A DNA stretch of 64,000 bases, from contig JAIXPZ010000042.1 in NCBI GenBank assembly GCA_027486005.1, positions 2,894 to 66,893 of the forward strand, read 5' to 3'. The stretch is from Legionellales bacterium. Its GTDB lineage: Bacteria > Pseudomonadota > Gammaproteobacteria > JAGOUN01. A program made the translations under genes and the position numbers. The notes under the pieces were generated by a model. It was not told the DNA's origin, made no database searches, and saw only the letters and a list, made by a program, of their open reading frames with translations. Positions 29,015 to 38,821 of this stretch are shown piece by piece (the stretch's first letter is position 1; every line of letters starts with the position of its first letter).

Positions 29015-30271
29015 ATGACAACAGCAGCAGACCTTCTTAAAAAGGCTGAATCTAGAGGTAAAACTCCTCATGTATTTCAACCACAAAAAAGACGTGCATG
29101 GGATTATGCTGTTCAAGAAATAGCTATCAGTGAAGAAATTGTACAAAAAGAAAATAGGAACGAATCTGGGGACAATTGGGTACAGAAATCGGAACAAAGT
29201 GAGGACACAAATAGGAACAATAGGGTACAAATATCGGAACAAAGTAGGGACGAAAATGGGTACGAAAATAGGAACAATTTATCTCAAGAAACTAGTCAAG
29301 ACAAGAAGTTAGACGCTAGTAAATCTATCAATAAATTACCTACTTTACACGATGAAAATATCGAAGCTAATGTGCTAAAGGTATTGAGAAAAATAACAGG
29401 ACATCAACAACAAATTATGGGGCAAATTACAGCTCATATTAAAAGTTTAAAAGAGATAACAAATACAATTAATATACCTATTTCTACGCTATCAGAAAGA
29501 ATAAATGCAGATAAAGATATAACAAGAACTTCCATAAAAAGATTACAGCAAAAATCTATTTTATTAAAAGAATCTGGTAAGAAAGGGCGGCATGGCAGCA
29601 CGTATGTATTGGTTCCTGATTTTATTATAAAAGAGTGTCTAAATTTGTTTGACTGCGGGCCACTTTCTTTTGAAGAAACTGGGTACATAAATAGGAACGA
29701 ATATAGGAACGAATATAGGAACAATAATTCCCTATATAGTAGTAATAATATAAATACTACTACTAGGAATACGGATGACTTACCTGAAAATTGGTTGGCT
29801 ATAAATTTTGAACCGTTAACGGATATTGGATTTTCCCTTACTCAATTACGACAATTGTGTTTGAAATCACTCAATACTCCTGAGGTTGTTCAAGAATCGA
29901 TTAACCACTTTGCGTTTGGTATCGAAAACAATCCTAAGTTTCAGAAGTACTCAGAGCCATTGAACGTATTAATGGGGGTTTTACGCAAAGGAGACGCATG
30001 GTTTGAAAAAAATTATGTATCACCGCAGGAAAAAGCACAACGGCGATTACTTGAATTTAAAAAGGCAGAAGGTGAAAGGCTAAAAGCACTTGAAGAAGAA
30101 GCTTATAAAATTGCTCTAGAAGATTGGAAAGCAAGTTTGTCTGTTGAAGAAATCGAGAATATTGTGCCGAAGCAAGCAAAAAAGGGGGATATTACTCCCC
30201 ATAGTGTAAAAATGAGTGCGTACTTCAGAGAAAATATTTGGCCACTTAAAAAAAATGATTATTTGATTTAA
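29015..30271 (+). CDS. putative replication initiator (wHTH) containing internal iteron copies
   Basis: HTH-like ISTLSERINADKDITRTSIKRLQQKSIL; operonic with parA; coding sequence carries ATAGGAAC/GGGTAC repeats at ~29153-29278 and ~29680-29724. Confidence 0.55.
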   Translation: MTTAADLLKKAESRGKTPHVFQPQKRRAWDYAVQEIAISEEIVQKENRNESGDNWVQKSEQSEDTNRNNRVQISEQSRDENGYENRNNLSQETSQDKKLDASKSINKLPTLHDENIEANVLKVLRKITGHQQQIMGQITAHIKSLKEITNTINIPISTLSERINADKDITRTSIKRLQQKSILLKESGKKGRHGSTYVLVPDFIIKECLNLFDCGPLSFEETGYINRNEYRNEYRNNNSLYSSNNINTTTRNTDDLPENWLAINFEPLTDIGFSLTQLRQLCLKSLNTPEVVQESINHFAFGIENNPKFQKYSEPLNVLMGVLRKGDAWFEKNYVSPQEKAQRRLLEFKKAEGERLKALEEEAYKIALEDWKASLSVEEIENIVPKQAKKGDITPHSVKMSAYFRENIWPLKKNDYLI

Positions 30272-30288
30272 TAAATTGGGAGATAAAT

Positions 30289-31056
30289 ATGAAAATCGGA
30301 ATTATTGCAGCTGTGCAAGATGAAATAAAAACCATACATGACGATATAAGTTTTGATAAAGAAAAAGTAGTTACTCATGCTGAACGGCAATATTATTTAG
30401 GTACTCATGAAGGAATGGAGCTAGTTCTTGTTTATTCGAGAGTTGGTAAGGTAGCCGCAAGTATGACTGCAACTACATTAATAGAAAAATTTAATGTTGA
30501 CCTCATCATATTTACAGGTTTGGCAGGTGCAGTTTCCAAAAATCTGAATAGAGGGGACATCATTTTATGTGATAAAACATATCAGCACGATTTTGATGGA
30601 CGACCTTTATGTGAGAATCAATTTGAGATACCTTTGACGAACAGAATATTTTTTGAAACTCCTCAAACTCAACTAAACATAGCCAAGAAAGGAATTGAAA
30701 ACTTTTTGGCTAATTTTAACAAATACGTTAATCCTATTGATTTGCAGAAACTAGAGGTTGATAAACCAAAACTATATGTTGGAGTAATAGCGACAGGGGA
30801 TCAATTTATACAAGATATTGATAACCAAAAAACTCTTTATATAAATAAAGTTGAAACGCTAGCTGTAGAAATGGAAGGTGCCGCTGTTGCTCAAGTTTGC
30901 TCAGAATATCAACTGCCATATATATTGGTCAGAATTATTTCTGATAAAGCTAATGATTCAGCGCACGTAAGTTTACAAGAATTTTCAGTAAAAGCGGCTA
31001 GCCATTATGCTAGTGGGATAGTTCAAGAGATACTTTCTTTATTGAAAACCAATTAA
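30289..31056 (+). CDS. mtnN: 5'-methylthioadenosine/S-adenosylhomocysteine nucleosidase
   Basis: MKIGIIAA, VGKVAA, FTGLAG, TGDQF, VEMEGAAVAQ, RIISDKA. Confidence 0.9.
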   Translation: MKIGIIAAVQDEIKTIHDDISFDKEKVVTHAERQYYLGTHEGMELVLVYSRVGKVAASMTATTLIEKFNVDLIIFTGLAGAVSKNLNRGDIILCDKTYQHDFDGRPLCENQFEIPLTNRIFFETPQTQLNIAKKGIENFLANFNKYVNPIDLQKLEVDKPKLYVGVIATGDQFIQDIDNQKTLYINKVETLAVEMEGAAVAQVCSEYQLPYILVRIISDKANDSAHVSLQEFSVKAASHYASGIVQEILSLLKTN

Positions 31057-31084
31057 TTATTGAATAATTTAGAAATGGGGTTAA

Positions 31085-31774
31085 GTGATGAATTTACGTC
31101 GAGAGTACTCGTTAAATAGTAAGTTTCTTATAGCATTAGTAATGATATATATGGCATTAAATCTCACTTCTGATGCCATTGCATTTAGATTCTATAATAT
31201 TGGACAATTTGCTATATCAGCCTCTGGTTTAATATACCCCCTTACTTTTTTTATCACTGATAGCATAGCTGAAGTGTATGGGTATTCGATCGCACGTAAG
31301 GTGATTTGGATAGGATTGATTTGTGAATTCATGTTTGCAATTCTTATCGAGATACTAATTAGATTACCATTAACCTCAACAGTGGATAATGGCAATGCTT
31401 TTTTAATCACACTCGGTCCGTTACTACAATTTGTTTTATCATGTATAGTTGGCGATATTGTCGGTATTTTTCTAAATGTATACTGCTTAAGTAAATGGAA
31501 AGTCATTCTAAAAGGTAGATTTTTTGCCGCTCGAAGCATTATTTCTACTTGTTTGGGTGAACTCTCTATGACGTTTATTTGTATTCTTTTAGGGTTTTCA
31601 GGCTATAATAATTTAACTACTAATATAAAGGTTGCAATTACAACATACGCTCTTCTTGTTGCATATGCGGTGATATTGGTTTGGCCAACTTGGCTTTTCA
31701 CATCAATTTTGAAACGCGTAGAAAAATTAGATGTTTACGACATCAATACGAATTTTAACCCTTTTCGATTTTAA
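31085..31774 (+). CDS. VUT (Vut_1/YhhQ) family queuosine-precursor-type transporter
   Basis: YPLTFFITDSIAEVYGY..AR..IW.G, RSIIST..GE, D.YD..TNFNPF; multiple TM helices. Confidence 0.85.
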   Translation: MMNLRREYSLNSKFLIALVMIYMALNLTSDAIAFRFYNIGQFAISASGLIYPLTFFITDSIAEVYGYSIARKVIWIGLICEFMFAILIEILIRLPLTSTVDNGNAFLITLGPLLQFVLSCIVGDIVGIFLNVYCLSKWKVILKGRFFAARSIISTCLGELSMTFICILLGFSGYNNLTTNIKVAITTYALLVAYAVILVWPTWLFTSILKRVEKLDVYDINTNFNPFRF

Positions 31775-31779
31775 ATAGA

Positions 31780-32430
31780 TTATGCTGCCTTTTTTTGAAG
31801 AAAGGAAAGTGAGCTTAGTATTCTATTCCAAGAAAAATTTTGGTCTAGCTGATCCCTTGAAAATGGCCCTAAGTCTAACTTAGAGGCAAAAGGTACAGCT
31901 AGCACTGGATTTTCAATATCAACATCCGATTTTTCTATTATGGTAATAGCTAATTTATTTTCTTCTGGAAATGAAGTTAAATGAAAAGTTCCTTTTGGAA
32001 CCTCATAAATTTCACCAGCAGAAAATTTACATGATGTTTCTATTTCAAGATTAACTCTTTGGATTTTAGAGTTGTTTAGTATAGAGCAATTTTGTTCTGT
32101 GCATTTTGCGTCTATCAATTGATAATCACCTGCTTCATTTAAAACTGCTTTATAAGTGGTATCTTGTATAGCTCCAGCAATAATTCTACTTTTTAAATGA
32201 AAAACATGTGTGTGCAGGGGCGGTTCAGACATAGATTTAGGTAAATCAGGAGCCCAAAAATGCAAAAACAATCCACCCTCAGAATTTTTTTGTCCATTCA
32301 AGGCAAGACGCATCATGCCAAGAGGTTGAGCTTGAATAGTTGCTCCATTTTCCTTGAGAAAATATAGTCTTTCATTTAGCCAGTTAATTATATCTATTAA
32401 ATCAGTTTTTTCATTAAAAATGTCTATCAT
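31780..32430 (-). CDS. cupin-like hypothetical protein
   Basis: LHFW...LHTHVF.L.S.II.G and YEVPKGTFH resemble the two cupin His motifs. Confidence 0.6.
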   Translation of the reverse strand: MIDIFNEKTDLIDIINWLNERLYFLKENGATIQAQPLGMMRLALNGQKNSEGGLFLHFWAPDLPKSMSEPPLHTHVFHLKSRIIAGAIQDTTYKAVLNEAGDYQLIDAKCTEQNCSILNNSKIQRVNLEIETSCKFSAGEIYEVPKGTFHLTSFPEENKLAITIIEKSDVDIENPVLAVPFASKLDLGPFSRDQLDQNFSWNRILSSLSFLQKKAA

Positions 32431-32457
32431 TAGAAATCCCCTTAAATTTAGCTGTTG

Positions 32458-32976
32458 TTACGTTTTATTCTGTACAAGATTTTTCAGTACTTCTTTTTTC
32501 TGCTTAAAATCTTCCGCTGAATTTTCTGTAGCAGCTAAATATCCGACTTCACGAGAATCTACTGGACACATGCTTTGTATAATATCCTTTTCATCCATTA
32601 AATCGAGCGCAGACTTTAGAATAATTTTTTTATCACCTTTTTTTCTGATAGAAAATATTATCTTATTATTTTCTTGAGATAGATGTTTGGCAAGAATAGT
32701 GTATTTTGGGCTATTGATTCCCATATAACCTAAATAAGTTAAAGTCCGCACATCTCTTGGCGAGAACATGTCAACGAATGAATCGTCTTCTAATATTTCT
32801 TCTGGATAAACATCAAAAGCAACATTTTTGTTTATTATCTGTATTATAGCGATAAATTCATTTAGCTCTGTCTTACTGATTTCAATAACCCTGAGTCGTG
32901 GCCTATATACTTCTTGAGTCATGCTTGATTTCAATTCATGAATATAGTTCTTTATTTTTTCAATAGACTTAGCCAT
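32458..32976 (-). CDS. hypothetical protein with internal duplicated motif
   Basis: 172 aa, GGGGG RBS; FSPRDVRTLTYL and MCPVDSREVGYL look like two related half-domains; co-oriented with the XRE repressor. Confidence 0.65.
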   Translation of the reverse strand: MAKSIEKIKNYIHELKSSMTQEVYRPRLRVIEISKTELNEFIAIIQIINKNVAFDVYPEEILEDDSFVDMFSPRDVRTLTYLGYMGINSPKYTILAKHLSQENNKIIFSIRKKGDKKIILKSALDLMDEKDIIQSMCPVDSREVGYLAATENSAEDFKQKKEVLKNLVQNKT

Positions 32977-32996
32977 TTAAGCTTTCCCCCAATTTC

Positions 32997-33662
32997 CTAT
33001 TTAAAGCAATTTCTTGATTCAACTAATGTCGCTAAAATCCTATCATCGTGATCCAATAACCTCATTGGAAAACTAGCTACGTTAGGATTTAATGGTTTCA
33101 AATATTTATGTTCACCATCGTCAATTAATTGTCTAAGTACTGCTTTTGAAGCTATGTTTACTAAAATATAGCTTCTATCTTGATATTTTGCATCTGGATC
33201 AAAAATTAATATGCAATTATAAGAAAAAATAGGTTCCATTGAGGTGTCAGGCATAATTAATGCAAAAGCATTGTCACTGATATGATTGCCGACGGTAATT
33301 TTGCCTAACTCTAAAGTTTGAGCGGAGGTACCTCCAGAAAAGCTACTCCATGACAATATGGGAATGGCTTTTATATGGTGTGACATTAGTTCATGAGTAT
33401 CATCGGTTTTATCGTCCGAAGCCGACTCTTCTATATTAATAGGCATAGGCTTTTCACCTACTAATTGGTCCATATCGATAGAAAAAAAATCAGCGATTGG
33501 TTGTAAAGAGGTGGCGTAGGGCCTTGTGGATTTGCCAGTTACTAACCTATGAATCGTTGGAGCAGGCAAATCAACTGCTCTTGCTAAATCTACAGGCTTA
33601 ATGTCTTTATCAAACAATAGTTTTTTAAGAATTTTTGCGAGATCTGGATATTTTTTAGACAT
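32997..33662 (-). CDS. XRE-family HTH / S24 peptidase-like (CI/LvrR-like) repressor
   Basis: DLARAVDLPAPTIHRLVTG HTH; FAL...SMEP.F S24-like domain; divergent from the transfer operon. Confidence 0.85.
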   Translation of the reverse strand: MSKKYPDLAKILKKLLFDKDIKPVDLARAVDLPAPTIHRLVTGKSTRPYATSLQPIADFFSIDMDQLVGEKPMPINIEESASDDKTDDTHELMSHHIKAIPILSWSSFSGGTSAQTLELGKITVGNHISDNAFALIMPDTSMEPIFSYNCILIFDPDAKYQDRSYILVNIASKAVLRQLIDDGEHKYLKPLNPNVASFPMRLLDHDDRILATLVESRNCFK

Positions 33663-33825
33663 TTTGGCCTAGTTAATCTTAGTTCCATCACTTGTAATTA
33701 TATTGCATATATATTAAAAAGTACAGGTAAAATGAAAATAAACCCCATAAAAGTAAATTTTATGTACAATAAATCATTATTAATCAATGTTTTAGCAAAA
33801 ACTAGTAATTTATTTACATTTATCA

Positions 33826-33854
33826 TTGACGAATATTGTACAAACATGTATTAT
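33826..33854 (+). promoter_or_regulatory. sigma70 promoter for the receiver-protein/T4SS region
   Basis: TTGACG, 17 bp, TATTAT; IHF-consensus AATCAATGTTTTA at 33782-33794. Confidence 0.55.
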
Positions 33855-34069
33855 TATTGCATGTTTTGGCTTTTCTTGTTTGAATGAAATTTTACTTTGT
33901 AAAGGAAGTTCAATATGAGGGGATGTCTAAAAAAAATCTGAGCCAAAGTTGTAGCTTTAGCTCAGAGAATAGTAACACAGACCATTGATGATCTATGAGA
34001 TCTAAGCATTCTCATTCTATCACTTCATTGTGATATCACCAAATGAATCTGTAGAAGCAGAGGTATAAG

Positions 34070-34483
34070 GTGATGTCATATCCATCAAAAAACTTACAAA
34101 TTCTATTGGTTGAAGACGATTTAGTCACTCGATTGTATATGCGTCTGCTATTGCAAGAGCTGAATTGCAAAGTATTGTTTACAAAAAATGGCGAAGAAGC
34201 CGTGGAAAAGTTTAACAATCAAGTTGACGGCATTCTCATGAATATCAGCTTACCTGGTATAGATGGGTGTGAAGCCGCAAGAGTTATCAATCAACAAAAT
34301 CCAAATAATAGAGCAATAATTTATGCGCTTTCCTCAGCTGCGCCTAATACCGATACATATTTTCTTAAGGCAGGAATTCAAGGCTTTGTCCAAAAGCCCT
34401 GTCTAAAAAGCGATTTAAAAAAGTTTTTATTACTGGTAAGTCAAAAAAAGCATAGTAGCCGTGGAAAGAGCATGTCTGTGTGA
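34070..34483 (+). CDS. single-domain response regulator receiver; phospho-acceptor Asp replaced by Asn
   Basis: ILLVEDD, NGEEA, DGILMNISLPGIDG, FVQKP. Confidence 0.85.
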   Translation: MMSYPSKNLQILLVEDDLVTRLYMRLLLQELNCKVLFTKNGEEAVEKFNNQVDGILMNISLPGIDGCEAARVINQQNPNNRAIIYALSSAAPNTDTYFLKAGIQGFVQKPCLKSDLKKFLLLVSQKKHSSRGKSMSV

Positions 34484-34707
34484 CAGATATGATAGGAAAG
34501 CGTATTTGTTTGAAAAAAATGCTGTTGAAAGCACAACAAACAAGTACGCAATCACCTAAGCGAATGTTGAATTGAATGTATTTATTTGTGTTATGGAAAA
34601 GTGCACTTCTTACGGTCATGGTCGTTTAGGGGCTGGGTTATTCACGTAATGAGTGCGCTCTCCGCCTTTAGCAAGGCATTAAGTATTTTATTAGAAGAGA
34701 CAGTGCA

Positions 34708-35145
34708 ATGATGAAATTAGTAAGCTTATCGTGTTTGTTGTTATTAACTTTTACCTCGGTATGTTCTGCAGAAGAACTGACAGAAGTTTCGCGTTATACC
34801 ACCGTAAAGAATCAAGCAACGCGCGCGCAAATTAATCCACTTTTAATGACGATTCAAACGCGTTTTCCTCAAGCGGTACAAACTGTGGGAGATGCAATGA
34901 ATTATTTATTGCGTTATTCCGGCTACTCGTTGATAGAGCGCAATGCAATGGAAGAAAGTGTGAAACAAATGTTAGATCAACCACTACCGATTGTCGATAG
35001 AACGCTTGGTCCTTTAAGTTTACAAGAAGCACTGGAAATTTTAGCAGGTAAACACGTTTTTCGATTAACCGAAGATCCATTACATCGAAAGCTTTCGTTT
35101 GACGTTTTACCTGATATTAAAAAACACTATGGCAACCAAGAATAA
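34708..35145 (+). CDS. pilL: PFGI-1-class ICE PilL-like protein
   Basis: Signal peptide; SRYTTV...Q.NPL, TVGDAMNYLLRYSGYSL, PLP.VDRTLGPLSL.EAL. Confidence 0.85.
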   Translation: MMKLVSLSCLLLLTFTSVCSAEELTEVSRYTTVKNQATRAQINPLLMTIQTRFPQAVQTVGDAMNYLLRYSGYSLIERNAMEESVKQMLDQPLPIVDRTLGPLSLQEALEILAGKHVFRLTEDPLHRKLSFDVLPDIKKHYGNQE

Positions 35146-35159
35146 GAGGACCATCACTC

Positions 35160-35891
35160 ATGATGAATGAAAAAGAAAAGAAATCGTTAATTAATCGATG
35201 CAAAGATAAAATTAGTTATATTTCAGCTGCTTGCTTGAATATTAAGAACAGTCAAATTGTTTCACGCAAAATAATTCTATTCGGCAGTGCAGCATTAGTG
35301 ATTATTGTTTTTGCTGTCACTGCAACACAATGCCATAAAAAATCGAAAAACGAATCACAAACAGAAAAGTTTAATACGATCATTATTGACCAAATGAAAA
35401 AATCATCTGAATCATTAATAAATTTGCAACAACAAATAAATGATTTAACGAAGGCATTGAATACACCACAAGCTGTAGTTGATGTTGATGGCCTTAAGCT
35501 AGGACTATCACAAATTTCTTCTCAAATTGACACATTGCAAAAAGATAATGCCACATCTTTGAAAGAAATTATGGAAAATGAGAATGCTGTTGTTAATAAA
35601 AAACTGGATGATTTGCAGGCAGGTGTGACCGAATTAAAGGATCTTCAACATCCGATTAAATATCTCCCAGCGAAAGAATTACCTTTTGCAGTGCAAAGTA
35701 TTGATCTTATTCAGCAACAACCGGTGGTAACGATTGCGTATGCGAATAAATCACAACCCTTAGATCTAGGTTATTCTGTTGCCAGTTGGGAACTCATTAA
35801 AGCCAATTACACACAACAACGCGCAGAATTTAAAAATAAAGATGATATGCATATCGTTATCAATTTAGCGATGCAAGGAGTCTCCACATGA
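35160..35891 (+). CDS. ICE transfer-region coiled-coil membrane protein
   Basis: One TM, a coiled coil, then LPF...SID C-terminal domain; position directly after pilL. Confidence 0.65.
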   Translation: MMNEKEKKSLINRCKDKISYISAACLNIKNSQIVSRKIILFGSAALVIIVFAVTATQCHKKSKNESQTEKFNTIIIDQMKKSSESLINLQQQINDLTKALNTPQAVVDVDGLKLGLSQISSQIDTLQKDNATSLKEIMENENAVVNKKLDDLQAGVTELKDLQHPIKYLPAKELPFAVQSIDLIQQQPVVTIAYANKSQPLDLGYSVASWELIKANYTQQRAEFKNKDDMHIVINLAMQGVST

Positions 35892-36100
35892 CTATTTTAA
35901 TCAGTGTTGTGATTGCGCTTGGTGTCATGTTTGGAATAGGAGAGTACCAATCAACGACTGAAAAGAATGCCGATCTTTCTGCGCAAGTAAGCGAGCAGGC
36001 TCAAGAAATTCAACAACTTAAAGATAATAAAAAGAATGTGCCCGCGGTTCAATCGATTGATGGCGTACTGGTTCAAAATTTATCAGAGAAATCCTCATGA
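35888..36100 (+). CDS. small hypothetical membrane protein
   Basis: 70 aa; ATGA overlaps on both sides; N-terminal TM helix. Confidence 0.55.
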   Translation: MTILISVVIALGVMFGIGEYQSTTEKNADLSAQVSEQAQEIQQLKDNKKNVPAVQSIDGVLVQNLSEKSS

Positions 36101-36939
36101 AACACGCATGGCTTTTTTTAATGCTTTGTCCTGCCATTTCGTTTGCAAACGATTGGAATGTACAGGACATGAAAACTAAATCTTCAGACTCTGCAGCCAA
36201 AGACAGTGGCGTTTATGCCGTAAGTCAAAAACAGTTTCAAGATGATATTACCGTGGATCAAGATATCGATAAACTCACTTTGACAGAAGAACAGCTGCAT
36301 CAAGCGAAAGTGTGGGCGTTAAGCGAATCTGACGAAAAGCGCTATGTACTTTTGATGCAAAATAGAAGTAGCGTTTACTACAAGGACACCACGCTGTCGC
36401 CTACCGAGATTTTGGGGCTCAACGCTCGAACTGAAGAGGAAAGAGAGCGTTATGCTACGCTAGCGGCTGAACAAAATGAACAGCAAATTGCAGAATTACT
36501 CGCGTGGCGTAATGCGTATCAAAAGGCGTATCAAGATCGTATTAAAGACATGCCCGTCATTAAACCTTTCGATAGCTCACCCTTTAGTCCGTATCACTAT
36601 CAAGCAATTGATTTAAAATCAGGCGATAAACTTTATTTTTACTTAAGAATTACCGATCCTGTTAAAGCGCAATTAGCGGTGATTTATCGTTTATTGGAAA
36701 ACACACCTAATACCGAATTGAATATTTATTTTATTGGTAATGATGCTGATAAAGCGAGTATCAACTCATGGGCCAAAGCGCATTCATTGCCGCTTTCACT
36801 TGTGAAACAAAAACGTATTATTTTAAATGCAGGGCACTCTTCTGATTTAAGTAAAATTAATCAAAGTGGTGAAACATTACCTTTGATCGTGCATTCGTCT
36901 AAAGGAAAGACGTCCATTATAAAGATGTCGAGATTTTAA
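36097..36939 (+). CDS. integrating conjugative element protein, TIGR03759-like
   Basis: AKVWALSESDEKRY..LM, LSPTEILGLNARTEEER.RYA, I..WA; synteny. Confidence 0.8.
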   Translation: MKHAWLFLMLCPAISFANDWNVQDMKTKSSDSAAKDSGVYAVSQKQFQDDITVDQDIDKLTLTEEQLHQAKVWALSESDEKRYVLLMQNRSSVYYKDTTLSPTEILGLNARTEEERERYATLAAEQNEQQIAELLAWRNAYQKAYQDRIKDMPVIKPFDSSPFSPYHYQAIDLKSGDKLYFYLRITDPVKAQLAVIYRLLENTPNTELNIYFIGNDADKASINSWAKAHSLPLSLVKQKRIILNAGHSSDLSKINQSGETLPLIVHSSKGKTSIIKMSRF

Positions 36940-36940
36940 T

Positions 36941-37474
36941 ATGAAACCTTATTTAGAAGCTGCTTTTATAAAATATGCGCTCGTGCTGGCAGGTTTTTCA
37001 ACCAGTGCTTTTGCACTTGAAGGTCAGACGTTGACGTCACCAATGTTAACCGTTGCATCATCTACCACTCCATCAGAAGCAGCGCCGCTTGCAATGTCAG
37101 CGAGTGAAAAAGCAGAGTTATTAAGTATTGAGAAAAATGCTAAGAAAACACTTTTTCCATTTAAAAGTATGTTAACGCCGGGCGTTGTTGAAGCGCATAC
37201 CTTATCAGAAAAAAATGCTAATAATATTCCGGCCATGTTTGTGATCGGTGATGATTCGACGTCTATTGATTGGCTGAAGAGCCATAAAAATGTACTCACA
37301 GAAATTCATGCAGTGGGTATGATTACGAACGTTGAATCTCAAACACGTGTTGATGCCATTCAAGAAGAAACAGGCTGGAAGCTGCTCATTCCTGTTTCTA
37401 TGGATGGAGCTTCTAATGTGTTTCAAGTGACGCATCTTCCTTTTTATATCAATAAAGGGGCGGTTGCTCAATGA
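36941..37474 (+). CDS. integrating conjugative element protein, TIGR03765/DUF2859-like
   Basis: LTPGVV, FVIGDD..S..WL, AVG.I.NV, THLP motifs. Confidence 0.8.
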   Translation: MKPYLEAAFIKYALVLAGFSTSAFALEGQTLTSPMLTVASSTTPSEAAPLAMSASEKAELLSIEKNAKKTLFPFKSMLTPGVVEAHTLSEKNANNIPAMFVIGDDSTSIDWLKSHKNVLTEIHAVGMITNVESQTRVDAIQEETGWKLLIPVSMDGASNVFQVTHLPFYINKGAVAQ

Positions 37475-38208
37475 AAAAGCCGATCAAAGCCACTTATAAA
37501 CAATCGACTCATTGGATAGAAAAATTTGTGTTTACACTTTTTTTAGCCACATGCATTCATTTTGCGTTGAGCACATATCACTACACACAAGACGGATTTG
37601 ATGCAGCTTATCAAGAGGTTGTTGATCAAGGCGAAGAAGAGCTTTTCATACTGTTTGGCTATCATCCGACGATTACCATTAACATGCTCGGCACAATGCT
37701 TGATGCTAAAAATTGGTTAATTGATAAAGTCAGCACGTTTTGGTCTCAAGAAACTGCATCACTCTTGGATAAAACATCGAAACTTGATTTTTCAGAAAAG
37801 AAAAATCACTGGGGATTAGGCGACAAAAAACAAGCCGTGACGACATGGTGGCAAGGGAGTTGGTCGCTTGTTAAAAATTTATTTTGGCTTTTTATCGAAA
37901 ATAGCAAAGTTGTTCTTTATAAAGCGATTGTGTTTGTCTATGCCATACCGTTATTGGCCGTTAGCAGTGTTGTGGGAAGTATCGATGGGTTAATTCATCG
38001 TGAAATCCGTACGCAAGAGATGGGCCGTGAGTCATCATTTTTATTTCATAAATTTTCACGCCTTTCATCGCGTCTCATTGCAACGCTTATGATGGCCTAT
38101 TTTATTTTACCACTGTCTCTTAGCTTGCCACTATTTTTATTACCGATGGCTTTATTAACTTGTGGTTTGAGTTCGATGACCTGTCGTCATTTAAAGAAAT
38201 ATCTCTAA
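37471..38208 (+). CDS. ICE membrane protein, TIGR03747/DUF4400-like
   Basis: DGLIHREIR...GRESSFLFH motif; TM helices. Confidence 0.8.
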   Translation: MKKPIKATYKQSTHWIEKFVFTLFLATCIHFALSTYHYTQDGFDAAYQEVVDQGEEELFILFGYHPTITINMLGTMLDAKNWLIDKVSTFWSQETASLLDKTSKLDFSEKKNHWGLGDKKQAVTTWWQGSWSLVKNLFWLFIENSKVVLYKAIVFVYAIPLLAVSSVVGSIDGLIHREIRTQEMGRESSFLFHKFSRLSSRLIATLMMAYFILPLSLSLPLFLLPMALLTCGLSSMTCRHLKKYL

Positions 38209-38218
38209 GGTGAAGCCC

Positions 38219-38578
38219 ATGAAAAAAACTATGACATTCAAAATGAAACTCAGTGTCCTCGTAACGGTTGGATTGTTGGGATTTAGTTCACCTATTTTTG
38301 CAGACCAAGCACAAATGAACGAAACGTTGGTGCGTCTTGTGAATCAATTGGATGCCTTATTGCCACTAGTGGATGAAGCTGAGCGCGAACAACCTCAAAA
38401 CGAACGCTTTACATTTCATTTTAGTTCGTTTGAAGGTTCCGATGGTAAAACCCATAACGGATTACGTGAAGATATTATGTCGATGAAAGAAGCTTTAATT
38501 GTGCAAATTAATCAACCTGCAATTGATCCAGAAACGGTTGCACCTTTAAGCAATGATTTTATAGGAGGTGCACCATGA
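38219..38578 (+). CDS. RAQPRD-family ICE protein
   Basis: Signal peptide, L.RLVNQLDAL, RF.F, LREDI, IN.P..DP..V.PL..DF. Confidence 0.75.
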   Translation: MKKTMTFKMKLSVLVTVGLLGFSSPIFADQAQMNETLVRLVNQLDALLPLVDEAEREQPQNERFTFHFSSFEGSDGKTHNGLREDIMSMKEALIVQINQPAIDPETVAPLSNDFIGGAP

Positions 38579-38805
38579 GTACGTTTACGGATGCATTTTC
38601 TGCAGGCGCTGGTTTTTCCCCAGAAAATTTAAACCATTTTTATCAAGGATTTTTAGGACTTATGGTGATTATCTGGGCGGGATTTTTGGTTAAAGGTTTT
38701 ATTCAAAAAGCGGAAACCGTGAATAATTCAGGCAGTTATTTGATTCATCAATTTTCGATTGTGTTTGTGACGGTTCTTGTGTTTTGTGTTGTTTCTTATT
38801 GGTAA
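38575..38805 (+). CDS. ICE small membrane protein, TIGR03758/DUF3262-like
   Basis: AF.AGAG.SP motif, two TM helices, synteny. Confidence 0.7.
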   Translation: MSTFTDAFSAGAGFSPENLNHFYQGFLGLMVIIWAGFLVKGFIQKAETVNNSGSYLIHQFSIVFVTVLVFCVVSYW

Positions 38806-38821
38806 TAAGTGGAGAGAGATT

